This document shows, piece after piece, positions 1 through 10,000 of a DNA stretch of 64,000 nucleotides (positions within the stretch are counted from its first letter, which is position 1; each line of letters begins with the position of its first letter). Source of the DNA: an uncultured bacterium (GTDB lineage: Bacteria; CSSED10-310; CAZUFC01); NCBI GenBank assembly GCA_964619725.1, contig CAZUFC010000006.1, positions 67,521-131,520 of the forward strand, written 5' to 3'. Made by a program: the position numbers and the translations under genes. The notes under the pieces were generated by a model. It saw nothing but the letters and a program-made list of their open reading frames with translations. It did not search any database and was not told the DNA's origin.

Positions 1-25
1 AGGCGGCACGATTTCTGCCTCCAGG

Positions 26-367
26 ATGGAACAATTTTCCAGAAAAACCCATGAATTAATGAAAAAATTTATCCCTGAACCGATAAATTCCAAATCCAAC
101 GGCAAGGAACTCCATCTGCGAACGATAACGCCCAAGGAGGCTTTTTATTTATCACGGAAAAGCGCCCCTTTCGGAAATGCCTTTTTCCAGCCTGAATTCA
201 AATCCACGTTAAAAACGAAGGATTCCCGTTCTTTCATCAACGGCATGAGGGTAATCACCGGTGATGCGGCAGAAGACGGCGTCTGGGATGTTACTTATAA
301 GTTAGATGAAGAAATCTGCGACGGCGAGCAGATCGGTATAAAGATAACGCAAAAGTCGCCGGCGTAA
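26..367 (+). CDS. Hypothetical protein, possibly the 3' part of an ORF starting before the window
   Basis: 113-aa ORF; the frame is open back to the window start; no recognisable motif. Confidence 0.4.
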   Translation: MEQFSRKTHELMKKFIPEPINSKSNGKELHLRTITPKEAFYLSRKSAPFGNAFFQPEFKSTLKTKDSRSFINGMRVITGDAAEDGVWDVTYKLDEEICDGEQIGIKITQKSPA

Positions 368-454
368 GTCTATTGCCGATTGAGCGTTGAAGTATTGATC
401 AGATAAGCGATTCAGGATTCTTCAATTATGAAGAATATCTTACTGACCGGCTGA

Positions 455-2305
455 TCATTTTTTCAGATGTTTATTCAGGAACTCAAGCATAACGACGTTT
501 GATTTCAGTCGGTTGTCTTTTTTGGTAAAGCCGTGTCCTTCGTCCGGGAACCAGAGGTATTCGACGTCGAGGCCTTTTTCTTTGAGTTTGTCGAATATCT
601 GTTCCGATTCTTCATCGACCACCCTGGGATCATTGGCTCCCTGCATGATGAGCAGAGGAGCTTTAATATTATCGATATGGAAAATTGGAGACCTGTCTTC
701 AAAGAGGTCTTTATGGTCTTGGGGATTGCCCAGGACGGCGTCGACAAAGGGTCGCCAGTTAGGTTGATTTGATTCGTAAAAGGTGAACAGATTACTGGGT
801 CCGAAAGCGTCAATGCCGCATGCGAACGCATCGGGCGCTTTAGTCAGGCAGGTAAGTGCAGCGAAGCCTCCGTAACTGGCTCCATACACGGCGACTCTGC
901 CGGGGTCGATCCATCCTTCATCCGCCAGGTATTTAACGCCGTAAAGCATATCCTGAAGATCGCCGCCGCCCCAGTCACGGTAAATTTTCTTTTGAAATGA
1001 CTTGCCGAAACCCATGCTGCCCCGGAAATGAGGAACCAGAAAAACATATCCGTTGCGTACGAAAAATTGGAATTCGGATATGAACGTATTGAATATCTGA
1101 GCTTCCGGACCGCCGTGCGGATATAATATGCAGGGCAGTGAATTGTCTTTTCGAGCTCCTTCGGGCAGATAAACGAAAGCATGGATTCGTAATCCGTCGA
1201 ATGATTCATAATAAACGGATTTCGGTTCCACAAGCTCTTCTTCTCTGACTCCGCCCACAAAGGAAAAAGTGAGCTGTTTGATTTCCCTGGTTTTCAGGTC
1301 GGCAGTGTATATGTCTCGCGGCCGGGTGGGGCCGGAATATGTAAATGCAACGCGATCACCCGCATGACTGAAGATTAGAGCGCCGTAGACTCCCTCTTTC
1401 CAGTCGAAGGTGACTTCCTCTCCTGTTTTCCTGTCAATGATCACAGGTTTTATGTTTCCGTCATAATTGACCGTATACGCCATGAACCGCTGATCCCTGG
1501 AAAAGGTCAGACTTTCAATTTCATGTTCTATTTCAACGACCCAGGACAATTCGCCCGTATTCAAATCGATTTTCGCAATATTCCTGAATTCCCTGTTCTT
1601 GTCTGATATGAAGTAAACGAACCGGTCGTCGTCGACGAATACAGCATTGGTGAAAAGCACATCTTCTTCATCGTCGTCGGAGCCTGTTAAATTTATTTCC
1701 TCGCCCGTCTCCAGGTCGAAAAGGAGTATATCCTGGTCCATGTTGTTGAAAAAGTGATGAATCAGCAGTTTTCTGTTATCCTTTGTAAAACAGGCCGGTC
1801 TGTCCGTGCAGATGATGTCTCGCCGGATTATCTTCCTGGTCTCATTCGTCCGGAAATCGTGAATGAAGCAATCGAATAATTTCCTGTCGCGGTCATTGTT
1901 GGAAAAAGCGAAAAGCTTTCTGTCCTCAGAAAAACAGCCGTAATTGTTCTGAGCTTTCGGGGCATCAGTAATGTTCTTCAAATCAGTCCCCGATTCGCTG
2001 ATCAACCAGCATTGCCAGTTTTCGTCTCCGTCATAATCTTTAATAAACATAATCTTATCGTCGAAGGCCCATTTGACGCCCATTTTGAAGGCGCCGTCGA
2101 ATGTAACCTGATGAGGCCAGCCGCCGTCGGACGGGACAGTATAAACGTTGTACTGCCGCTCGAAATTGGTGATGAAAGCCAGGCGCTTATCGTCAAGAGA
2201 CCAGGTGGGGCTGTAAGTGGCGCGGATGGAAAGATATCTGTGCAAAATATCAGGTATTTGAACCCTGGTTTTGTCGACCGTGGATTTATCGATTTTCTCG
2301 CTCAT
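455..2305 (-). CDS. S9 family peptidase (prolyl oligopeptidase / acylaminoacyl peptidase-like)
   Basis: Beta-propeller-like N-terminus; HGGP, nucleophile GASYGG, DPRV and EGHG catalytic motifs. Confidence 0.93.
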   Translation of the reverse strand: MSEKIDKSTVDKTRVQIPDILHRYLSIRATYSPTWSLDDKRLAFITNFERQYNVYTVPSDGGWPHQVTFDGAFKMGVKWAFDDKIMFIKDYDGDENWQCWLISESGTDLKNITDAPKAQNNYGCFSEDRKLFAFSNNDRDRKLFDCFIHDFRTNETRKIIRRDIICTDRPACFTKDNRKLLIHHFFNNMDQDILLFDLETGEEINLTGSDDDEEDVLFTNAVFVDDDRFVYFISDKNREFRNIAKIDLNTGELSWVVEIEHEIESLTFSRDQRFMAYTVNYDGNIKPVIIDRKTGEEVTFDWKEGVYGALIFSHAGDRVAFTYSGPTRPRDIYTADLKTREIKQLTFSFVGGVREEELVEPKSVYYESFDGLRIHAFVYLPEGARKDNSLPCILYPHGGPEAQIFNTFISEFQFFVRNGYVFLVPHFRGSMGFGKSFQKKIYRDWGGGDLQDMLYGVKYLADEGWIDPGRVAVYGASYGGFAALTCLTKAPDAFACGIDAFGPSNLFTFYESNQPNWRPFVDAVLGNPQDHKDLFEDRSPIFHIDNIKAPLLIMQGANDPRVVDEESEQIFDKLKEKGLDVEYLWFPDEGHGFTKKDNRLKSNVVMLEFLNKHLKK

Positions 2306-2494
2306 TTTCTATCCTTTCAATACGGTTGCCGGGACCTCAATCCCTTTTATCGAACATCTGTACCGATGGAATAATCAAAAACGGTATGATCCTTCCGATC
2401 AGATACCCATCTGCGAATTATCATAAAACCCCGACAAAAGCAATGCGATTGCTAGAGCGACTGAGCCTGTCAAAAATCGAATCGAGATTCAAGT

Positions 2495-2521
2495 ATAGGG
2501 ACAAATCAATCTTGCCCCTAT
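2495..2521. repeat. Small REP-like imperfect palindrome
   Basis: ATAGGGACAA-N7-TTGCCCCTAT, 9/10 arm match, intergenic. Confidence 0.35.
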
Positions 2522-2634
2522 TTCTCATACAAAATAGTAGTGAGAACGTTCAGATTACCCTTCCCATAAGAAAAATCTATGGGACGCGACGATAATTTAT
2601 TTCAAAAGAAACGGATGATCGGGTAACTTTTGCT

Positions 2635-3588
2635 TTAGATGCGATTCCCGATCTTTTTCAGTCGTTCCAGCCTCTCCGGTTCATTTTCAGAAAGCCATTC
2701 GTCCTGGGAGAGGATCAAATAAGCTTTTTTAAAATACCTCATTGCTTCATCCTGACGACCAAGCAGAAGCAGAGACTCAGCAAGCTCTTCAAACACATAA
2801 CCGTCGGAAGTAAGTCCATTTTCTTCTATTTCTTTTTCCAGCGCTCTCAGAAGATCAATCGCTTCATTAACGCGACCGGTCAGCCGGTAAGTGTGAGCGA
2901 TGGTCCACTGGGCTATTCTTCTGCCTTGATCGTCGTTGATTTTTTTCCGCCACGCCAGTGATTTTTCGAATAATTCCAATGCTTCATCGTACTGTTCCAT
3001 GTCGTGATAAGTCCAGCCGATATTGTTGTACAACGGACCCAGCCATCCCTTGACGCTTTTTTCTTCCGACTTTTCCGCCAGTTCAAGCGCTTTTAAATTC
3101 CATGCGAGCTGTTTTTCAGGAGATTCAGCTATGCCGAGCATGTGAGCGGCATCCACAGCGAAATGATCAAGATCGTTAGAAACAGCAGTTTCCCAAGCTT
3201 CTTCGAACAATGGGACAGCTCGGTCTTTTCGGCCGGAAGAATTGTACACTCTTCCTTTTTCCAGCAAATACCGGATTCTTGTGGCCGTCGATGCCGATTT
3301 CAACAAACTTTTCGCACGGGACAACGTTTCATGAGCTTCCTCGAATTTTCCCTGAAGTCCCTGACTCCTCGCTATTTGCGTCAACAGTTGTCCGTAATGC
3401 GACGGATTGCCGCTGCTTTTCGCCTCCGGCAGCAACTCTTTAAAACGGCTTTCCGTTAATCCCGGATCGTTAAAATTCCACATCGCATCGAAATCAATCA
3501 GTTTACTTTTTTCTTCGGGCGGACGTTCAGGTACGCTAGCGCAACCTGTCGCACAAATTAAAATTATGCTTGTCAGGAGAATCCTCAT
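2635..3588 (-). CDS. Tetratricopeptide-repeat lipoprotein
   Basis: Lipobox-like ATGC after a hydrophobic N-terminus; TPR motifs such as LYNNIGWTYHDMEQYDEALELFEKSL. Confidence 0.82.
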   Translation of the reverse strand: MRILLTSIILICATGCASVPERPPEEKSKLIDFDAMWNFNDPGLTESRFKELLPEAKSSGNPSHYGQLLTQIARSQGLQGKFEEAHETLSRAKSLLKSASTATRIRYLLEKGRVYNSSGRKDRAVPLFEEAWETAVSNDLDHFAVDAAHMLGIAESPEKQLAWNLKALELAEKSEEKSVKGWLGPLYNNIGWTYHDMEQYDEALELFEKSLAWRKKINDDQGRRIAQWTIAHTYRLTGRVNEAIDLLRALEKEIEENGLTSDGYVFEELAESLLLLGRQDEAMRYFKKAYLILSQDEWLSENEPERLERLKKIGNRI

Positions 3589-3782
3589 TTTTCATGCCTT
3601 TGTGATTGTTGGTTCAAATTAAATCGCTGAATGTCCGGCAACCTCCATCAAAACGGGACTGATCAATTGATGGTTAAGCTTTTGCGAATCGCTTCTTCTC
3701 TTATACGCAGTCGCGGAATCTTTGCAATTGTTTTCAGAATCCCGCGTCTTTTGATTATCGCCAAAAAATCAAACCTTCAAAA

Positions 3783-4397
3783 CTAATCTGAATAAGGATA
3801 AAAGGGCGCCGGCGCTTCCACTTCCGTATTTTCCATTTTTTCATTGATAATTTCATAGTGAATATGATCTTCCCAATTGCCGTTTATTTTCAGGTATTTA
3901 CGTGAGAATCCCGTTTTTTCAAAATTTAATTTTTCCAGCACCCGTATGGAAGGTTTATTGTGCGGCATAACGTTCGCTTCGACTCTGTGAAGCTTTAAAT
4001 TGTCGAACATAAATTGAATGCAGCGTCTCAGTCCCTCGGTCGCATATCCCTGATTAATTTCATCCTGGTCGATTTTATAGCCCAGAAAACAGGACTGAAA
4101 AGCTCCCCGAATGATACTGGAAAACCTGATGTCCCCCAGTATTTCATCCTGACCTTTATGAAAGAGCCAAAACCGGACAGCCTTTCCTTGCCGCATCAAG
4201 ATTTTATCTTCGCGTATGCGATTGCGCTGAAAACGGAAGGTAAATTCATCCTTTTCGTATTCGGGCTCCCAGGGCTCAAAAAATTCCCTGTTTCGCCGGA
4301 CGTAATCGAATACTTCATAGATTTTAGCATCTGTAGTTATGGTCTGTAATAAAAGCCTTTTCGTTTGAAGTCTTACTTCAATCGCCACAATGACCAC
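3783..4397 (-). CDS. rimJ: RimJ/RimL-family GNAT N-acetyltransferase
   Basis: RGAFQSCFLGY, NQGYATE, LHRVEANVMPHNKPSIRVLEKL, YLKINGNWEDH. Confidence 0.85.
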   Translation of the reverse strand: MVIVAIEVRLQTKRLLLQTITTDAKIYEVFDYVRRNREFFEPWEPEYEKDEFTFRFQRNRIREDKILMRQGKAVRFWLFHKGQDEILGDIRFSSIIRGAFQSCFLGYKIDQDEINQGYATEGLRRCIQFMFDNLKLHRVEANVMPHNKPSIRVLEKLNFEKTGFSRKYLKINGNWEDHIHYEIINEKMENTEVEAPAPFYPYSD

Positions 4398-4598
4398 CTT
4401 TAAATTCTGGTGACTAGCCGGCTTTTATCCGTAAAGAGCAAAACCGATCTCCCTTATTAAAATAATTGAAAATTTCAGAAAGAACAAGATTATCTTCGTA
4501 AAAATTTTGAATTTGATGAAACAGCTCCGGTGTAATTTTTCATCAGAGCTTGATATTTAAACATTTACGGTAAAAATGACGGGACTGAAAAAATGGTC

Positions 4599-5444
4599 TC
4601 ATTTGTCCTGCTTCGTTTTCTGGACCATTCCGATGACGTTGGGAACGGCCGGCGCACGATTATCGTCGCTTTTTGTTTCGATTCCCAGCTCGTATCCTCC
4701 ATGGAGCTCTTTTTCAAACTCTTTATGTTTGAAATACAACGAAGCTGTAGGGCCGCCTTCGAGGTACATCGCATTGTATAGAGAAATGGGCAGGGCCAAA
4801 AGAATATTAATGAAATCGTGAACAGAATAAGGGGACCTGGAAAAAATAAAAAGAACGTTTCCCTGTTTGTCTATTCCCATAGCGGCGATGCTCCATTGTT
4901 CCTCCTGCCGGCTCCAGACGTTTTTCTGTTTCACCGTGACCATCCTGATATTTTGAATCAGCGTGTGATACTTGTCTTTCAGCTTCTCAAAAGGCTGGAA
5001 TTCTCTATCGATGATCTGAATATCGGGAAGCGAAGAATCGATGGGATTAAAGGCCAGTACGGCTTTATTTTTACTGAGCCTGGGGTTGTTGTAGTGATCG
5101 TAATTTTTCATCAGTGAGACATGCGTCAGTCTGTCTTTTTGAAACATGCCGGCGTTGATCGCGGCGATCAAACCGAATTTTTCGCACCATTGTTTTGTTG
5201 TTTTGGGTTTCTGGTCGTGTTCTGAGGAGCAGAGCACTTTAAAGCTGTAAAAATCAGGATTTATTTTAAGGACGGTTACCGCGGAATCGCCCAGGATTGA
5301 TTTTTGAGGCGCTTCGAATATTCCTATGTGCAGACCCTGATCGATTTTTTTCCAGTTTTTGGGGCCGTTTTGCCGTCCGTGGGCAAGCCCGGCCAAAACA
5401 AAAACGAGAAACAAAAGGCAATATTTTTTCGCTGAAGAGGACAT
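4599..5444 (-). CDS. Secreted phosphodiester glycosidase (NAGPA-like) family protein
   Basis: Signal peptide; AAINAGMF and AMYLEGGPTASL (variant of LDGGGS); VPNVIG at the C-terminus. Confidence 0.75.
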   Translation of the reverse strand: MSSSAKKYCLLFLVFVLAGLAHGRQNGPKNWKKIDQGLHIGIFEAPQKSILGDSAVTVLKINPDFYSFKVLCSSEHDQKPKTTKQWCEKFGLIAAINAGMFQKDRLTHVSLMKNYDHYNNPRLSKNKAVLAFNPIDSSLPDIQIIDREFQPFEKLKDKYHTLIQNIRMVTVKQKNVWSRQEEQWSIAAMGIDKQGNVLFIFSRSPYSVHDFINILLALPISLYNAMYLEGGPTASLYFKHKEFEKELHGGYELGIETKSDDNRAPAVPNVIGMVQKTKQDK

Positions 5445-5497
5445 AAGGATATTGCGGAAAGAAAAGTCAAACCGCCCTCATATTTAACTATACGGTT

Positions 5498-5986
5498 TTA
5501 TTCTTCTTTTTCAAACGCCTCGAAGAGAGCATAAGAAGTTTCAATCATGCCGAGAGTCTTGTAAGTTTTTTGCGCTATGCGGTTAGATTTTTCGACGTAG
5601 AGGCGGAATCCGATGACCGTCAGATTCTGGTCAAAGGAATGCTTTTCAGCCGTTTTTTTAACGAACTGATAAAGCCTGCTGTACACTTTTTTTCTTCTGA
5701 ATTCCGGAATCACATAAACGCTTTGTATCCACCAGAAAAGTCCGTTTCTCCAATCGCTCCATTCATAAGTAATCATGAGCGAGCCGACGATCTGACGGTT
5801 AGATTCAGCGACGATGTAGAAACCCCATTCGGGATGATTCATCAGGTTTTCGACGCCGGCTGAGATTGTTTTCCGGTCAAGGATTTTGTTTTCAGTTTCC
5901 TGGGCCATGCGGATATTGAAGTCGACGATTTTTTCGATTTCCCTCGAATTCTGTTTCGCTTTTCTGATGTTAAGTTCGGGCGGCAT
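5498..5986 (-). CDS. GNAT family N-acetyltransferase
   Basis: ITYEWSDWRNGLFWWIQSVYVIPEFRR and RLYVEKSNRIAQKTY. Confidence 0.9.
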   Translation of the reverse strand: MPPELNIRKAKQNSREIEKIVDFNIRMAQETENKILDRKTISAGVENLMNHPEWGFYIVAESNRQIVGSLMITYEWSDWRNGLFWWIQSVYVIPEFRRKKVYSRLYQFVKKTAEKHSFDQNLTVIGFRLYVEKSNRIAQKTYKTLGMIETSYALFEAFEKEE

Positions 5987-5988
5987 GA

Positions 5989-6177
5989 TTAATTGAAGCA
6001 GGGATGTTTCAGTATGGGCGGATTAATGCTTCGAGCATCTGCCGGGAACATATCGAGTTCTTCAATACCGACGTCAGAAGAGACGATGGATATGTCCCTG
6101 CTCAATGAACAATACATCAAGGGCGACAAAGAAATTTTCTTCATGTTCCGAATTTTTATTTTCGTAATGAATTCCAT
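5989..6177 (-). CDS. Small hypothetical protein (62 aa)
   Basis: Fills the gap between the PHP and GNAT genes with 4-nt and 2-nt spacing. Confidence 0.4.
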   Translation of the reverse strand: MEFITKIKIRNMKKISLSPLMYCSLSRDISIVSSDVGIEELDMFPADARSINPPILKHPCFN

Positions 6178-6181
6178 TGTC

Positions 6182-6853
6182 TTATTCCTCCAAATAACCC
6201 GCTTTTCTCAGGTAGTTCAGGCCGATGTTTCTTGCGTTCTGCAGTTCATATAGCGTATGCGCATCACTGTTGACCGTAACTTGTTCGACCTTCGACAGCA
6301 TAATCCGCAGGTTGTCCATGTCGGTCATGCCGTTGATGTAATAAGCGCAATTGAACTCCATGGGTATGCCGAATTCGTTGGCTGCTTCCGTAACCTTTTC
6401 TATATCCAGATATTCCTGGAAATAAACCGCACAGGGATGAGCCAGAAATTTTATTTTTCCGGCATGAAGGCGCATCGCATTCAGATAGGCTTCGGTGATT
6501 GTGCGTTTATCGTCCTGGAAGGTGTTTTTATGAGCCGCCAGTATGACGAAATCCTGTATTCTGCCTTGAATGTCCATGGAAACCCGGCCTTGGGCGTTCA
6601 AAATATCCGCTTCCACACCGAAAATAATTTTTACGTCGTTGTATACGTTGCGCCAGCGGTCCAGCCCCCATCGATTGCATTTTTTAGCGTAACCGTATGC
6701 ATCCAGGTAGGCCTGAGAATGATCCGTTATCGCCAGCGTTTTTATTCTCATTTCTCCCGCAGCGCGAACAAGTTCGTCAATGCCGTTGAAACCGTCGGAG
6801 AATGTAAATGAGTGACTGTGAAAATCTTCTTTTCCAGGATTGATGATAATCAT
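6182..6853 (-). CDS. PHP domain protein (YcdX-like phosphoesterase)
   Basis: DFHSHSFTFSDG, LAITDH, GVEADI, LAHP and NSDAH motifs. Confidence 0.88.
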   Translation of the reverse strand: MIIINPGKEDFHSHSFTFSDGFNGIDELVRAAGEMRIKTLAITDHSQAYLDAYGYAKKCNRWGLDRWRNVYNDVKIIFGVEADILNAQGRVSMDIQGRIQDFVILAAHKNTFQDDKRTITEAYLNAMRLHAGKIKFLAHPCAVYFQEYLDIEKVTEAANEFGIPMEFNCAYYINGMTDMDNLRIMLSKVEQVTVNSDAHTLYELQNARNIGLNYLRKAGYLEE

Positions 6854-8499
6854 CGATTCATAACCTCTTCATTTGTTATTTTATACTCTTTTTGCGCCTC
6901 TTTGTCTCCGGGACTGTATTTCAATGCCTTTTCGTAAGCATCGAGCGCCTTTTTCGTCATGCCCAAATGATACCTTATTCGTCCTAAATTAACCCAGGGA
7001 TTCACATAGGGATCGGATAACAGCGGGTCCTCGTTCAACGCCTCTGTTAAATATTTCTCCGCTTTTTCCAACTCTCCTTTTTTTATGTAGGCCTTGGCCA
7101 AAGTATTCAGCGATCCTGCAGGATATTTTTTTCGAATGCCGCCGGGATCGGATATCCCCAGAGCAAAAAACAAAAGAAAAAATATCGCATAGACGGCTGT
7201 TTTTTTCTTTTCCGCCCGACGTATCATATCCTCAATAGAATCAAGAGCAAGTCCCGCAAAAATGAAGGCCGCCGGCATACCGATCAATCGATACCGCGCC
7301 GTTACAAAAAAGAGTAGAAGCGTCGCTTCAGTCGAAATTATCATAATATAAACAGGACCCAAACTCCATTTTTTTCTGAAACCCGCGCCTAACCCCAGGA
7401 GAGACAGCGGCAACACGAGAGCAGTAGTATTCAAAGTATGCTTCAGAATCCAGGAATAGCGTTCGGCGAAAAAGACATTGTCGCGATAATTCGTTATTTC
7501 AAAAGCATTAAGCGAATAAAGAAGTTTCATGAATTCGAGTTTCATCCAGTCCCAGGGATTGTTTTTGATGTAATGGAATGCCTTGCCGTACCAGAATGAC
7601 GATATTTCCGAAGCCTTCATCTCACGTCCCGTTTCTTTTTCAGCCAGAATCTCCGCTGCAGCCAGCGTCATATCTTCATATTGACCCTCTGTTCTGACGG
7701 ATATGGGCGAGTGCGCCGAATGTCCGTCCGCATGCGGATTGTTTCCCAGATAAAAATTAATTCCTCCATGGGAAGATATGATCACTATAGCGCCGCTTTT
7801 CACATAGTTCCTGATTGTAACCGGCAAAATCAGTAAAGAGAGTCCCAACCCATAAGCCAGGAACCGTTTTAATCGAATGGACAAATTATTTCCACTGGAA
7901 GAGGAATATTTATTGAAAATGAGCCAGCAAGCGATCAGCGGAATTGCCGTCAGGACATTAGGCCGCCCGCATGCCGCAGCTCCGAAGCTCAAGCCCGCAA
8001 TAAAGCAACGCATCGGCCCGGGTCGCCCGTCAGCTTTCAGAAGCATATACGTTCCCAGCATAACCAGCGGAAGGATAAATCCTTCGATCAGCAATTCCCC
8101 TCCGATCATAATAAAAGCTCCATGTATGCCTGCCGCCAGTCCGGCCGACAGCGCCCATCTCCAGCGCATGAATTTCATACTCGCCAAATACAGCAACACG
8201 GTCATGATCGATCCTAAAGTATGCTGTATTAATCGGGCTGCATTTGGCTGATGGCCGAATACACGGTAAACGCCCGCCAAAAAGTAGGGATAGACCGGTC
8301 CCCGTTCATACGGCGCTTCCGTCGGCCAATCTCCCTCCAATATCCCCATCGCTCGTGAATCATACCACAGGTCGTCCAACTGAAATATCTCCATAAAAGG
8401 CGTATCGTGGGTCTGCCAGTGATAAGCTCCACGCCAGATCAGACTCCAAAAAAATATCAGAAGTCCTCCGTATAATATTTTTTTCTTCTTTCCGCTCAT
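6850..8499 (-). CDS. GT39/ArnT-like membrane glycosyltransferase with C-terminal TPR
   Basis: Multiple TM segments; DD...Y loop, PVYPYFLA, RPN, GINFYLGNNP, RYR; TPR tail. Start moved from 8622 to MSGKKKK. Confidence 0.8.
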   Translation of the reverse strand: MSGKKKKILYGGLLIFFWSLIWRGAYHWQTHDTPFMEIFQLDDLWYDSRAMGILEGDWPTEAPYERGPVYPYFLAGVYRVFGHQPNAARLIQHTLGSIMTVLLYLASMKFMRWRWALSAGLAAGIHGAFIMIGGELLIEGFILPLVMLGTYMLLKADGRPGPMRCFIAGLSFGAAACGRPNVLTAIPLIACWLIFNKYSSSSGNNLSIRLKRFLAYGLGLSLLILPVTIRNYVKSGAIVIISSHGGINFYLGNNPHADGHSAHSPISVRTEGQYEDMTLAAAEILAEKETGREMKASEISSFWYGKAFHYIKNNPWDWMKLEFMKLLYSLNAFEITNYRDNVFFAERYSWILKHTLNTTALVLPLSLLGLGAGFRKKWSLGPVYIMIISTEATLLLFFVTARYRLIGMPAAFIFAGLALDSIEDMIRRAEKKKTAVYAIFFLLFFALGISDPGGIRKKYPAGSLNTLAKAYIKKGELEKAEKYLTEALNEDPLLSDPYVNPWVNLGRIRYHLGMTKKALDAYEKALKYSPGDKEAQKEYKITNEEVMNR

Positions 8500-8788
8500 T
8501 GCCGTACTGCTTTCCCTGCCCGTCAAAGCATACCAGATAATGCCATGATCGCCAATATTAAACATGCCCAGGCCATTAGCATCCTTTCGCACGTATATGC
8601 ACAGCCATGCGTAAATCCGCATTCTGATGCAGTATTAAGGCAAATTAGCCGCTTGTGGACAGAAACTCGTCAGTGCCTGTCCGCAAATTAATTCCCGCAC
8701 CGCGGGAATTAATAATAAATCAGTCCTGTATTTGTTTTGTTCAGCGTTTTTTTTTGGTAAATTATAAAATGAATTAAGGAGGGATACG

Positions 8789-9031
8789 TTGGAATTCAGC
8801 GAAACGTTAAAAATGAAGGCTGATAGAATATCGACGCTGATTCTGATGACTGAGATGCCGGAAAGCCTCATCATCAGAGAAATAAACAAGCTTCATGAAT
8901 TCTGTTGCCGGCTTCATCCGGATAAAGCTGAACTGTTTGAGCTTATCTATGTGCGACGTTTCCTTCGTCTTTGGGAACAGTTCAGGGGAAAAGCGAATTT
9001 GTTGAAAATCCGGGTCGAGAGCGGCGTTTAA
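8789..9031 (+). CDS. Small hypothetical protein (80 aa)
   Basis: Strong RBS (AAGGAGG) before TTG; protein-like composition (PDKAELFELIYVRRFLRLWEQFR). Confidence 0.65.
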   Translation: MEFSETLKMKADRISTLILMTEMPESLIIREINKLHEFCCRLHPDKAELFELIYVRRFLRLWEQFRGKANLLKIRVESGV

Positions 9032-9150
9032 ACTGGCTTTGATGAAATGACGAGAGTTCTTTTTCGGCATTTTGATTTAAACATTCGACCGGATTCGCCG
9101 ATGAAAGCGCAGAGGAAGGCGAAACCCGTCAGTGAAAAGGAGGCGAAATA

Positions 9151-9990
9151 ATGATTAAGCCTGTTGCGTCAAAAAAAAGAGTACCGATATCGTGGCGAAA
9201 ATTTCTTTCAGCATCTCTTTTGACCTTTATAATCATAGCATTAACGCCAGAAGGTTTGCAGTACCGGGTCGCGGCGGAAAATACTTTAATCGTTCAGGGC
9301 GACTGTTACTGTAAATTTCTGCAGGATTCTATTACGGGAAAAGCGGAAAAGGAAAAAGCCGAAGGTGAAGCCGAATTCAACCTTAAAGTAAATGGAAATG
9401 ACCTGCAGGTAATGATTAGAACGGTTTCAGGGGAAGTAACCTGGGATTGGGACGTCGACAAGGAAAAACTCCGCGAAAGAATCAGGGAATATTTTGAGAA
9501 TGAAGGTATCTGCACGAGTTACGAGGTTATGACGTATGAAGTTGATTTTGACGACGGATCGGCTGAAGGAGAAGCGACGGTCAGAATTTCCGCTTTGGGG
9601 CTTTCGCAGGAACTGGAAATCGAAGATATAAGGATATACGGCGAAATAGAAGCGCTTGTACAACAGGCGGAAGAACAGGAAGATGAATTCACAGAAACCG
9701 ACGTCAATGCCGATCAGATTGAATGGGATGAGGAAAGAATGTGTTCCGAAGCTTTACGCGTATTCCGTGAAAAAATTGAAGAATGCAATATCGAAACTTT
9801 CGAAAAGGATACGGCAGAGGGCGAAGTGAGAGTCAATCGATGTACGGGAAAAGTGACGGGGGATGTGAACATCACTCCCTGGGACGTTGAAATACGTTAC
9901 GATAATATTCCCCTGACAGGCACGGTAAAATGGAATTGGAAAGAAGTCTGCGGAACAGAATTCTCTCAATATGCGATATGTAAGGAGTGA
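9151..9990 (+). CDS. Hypothetical exported acidic protein
   Basis: RBS AAGGAGG; N-terminal hydrophobic segment; Glu/Asp-rich with several Cys. Confidence 0.65.
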   Translation: MIKPVASKKRVPISWRKFLSASLLTFIIIALTPEGLQYRVAAENTLIVQGDCYCKFLQDSITGKAEKEKAEGEAEFNLKVNGNDLQVMIRTVSGEVTWDWDVDKEKLRERIREYFENEGICTSYEVMTYEVDFDDGSAEGEATVRISALGLSQELEIEDIRIYGEIEALVQQAEEQEDEFTETDVNADQIEWDEERMCSEALRVFREKIEECNIETFEKDTAEGEVRVNRCTGKVTGDVNITPWDVEIRYDNIPLTGTVKWNWKEVCGTEFSQYAICKE

Positions 9991-10000
9991 CTTTTCTTTC

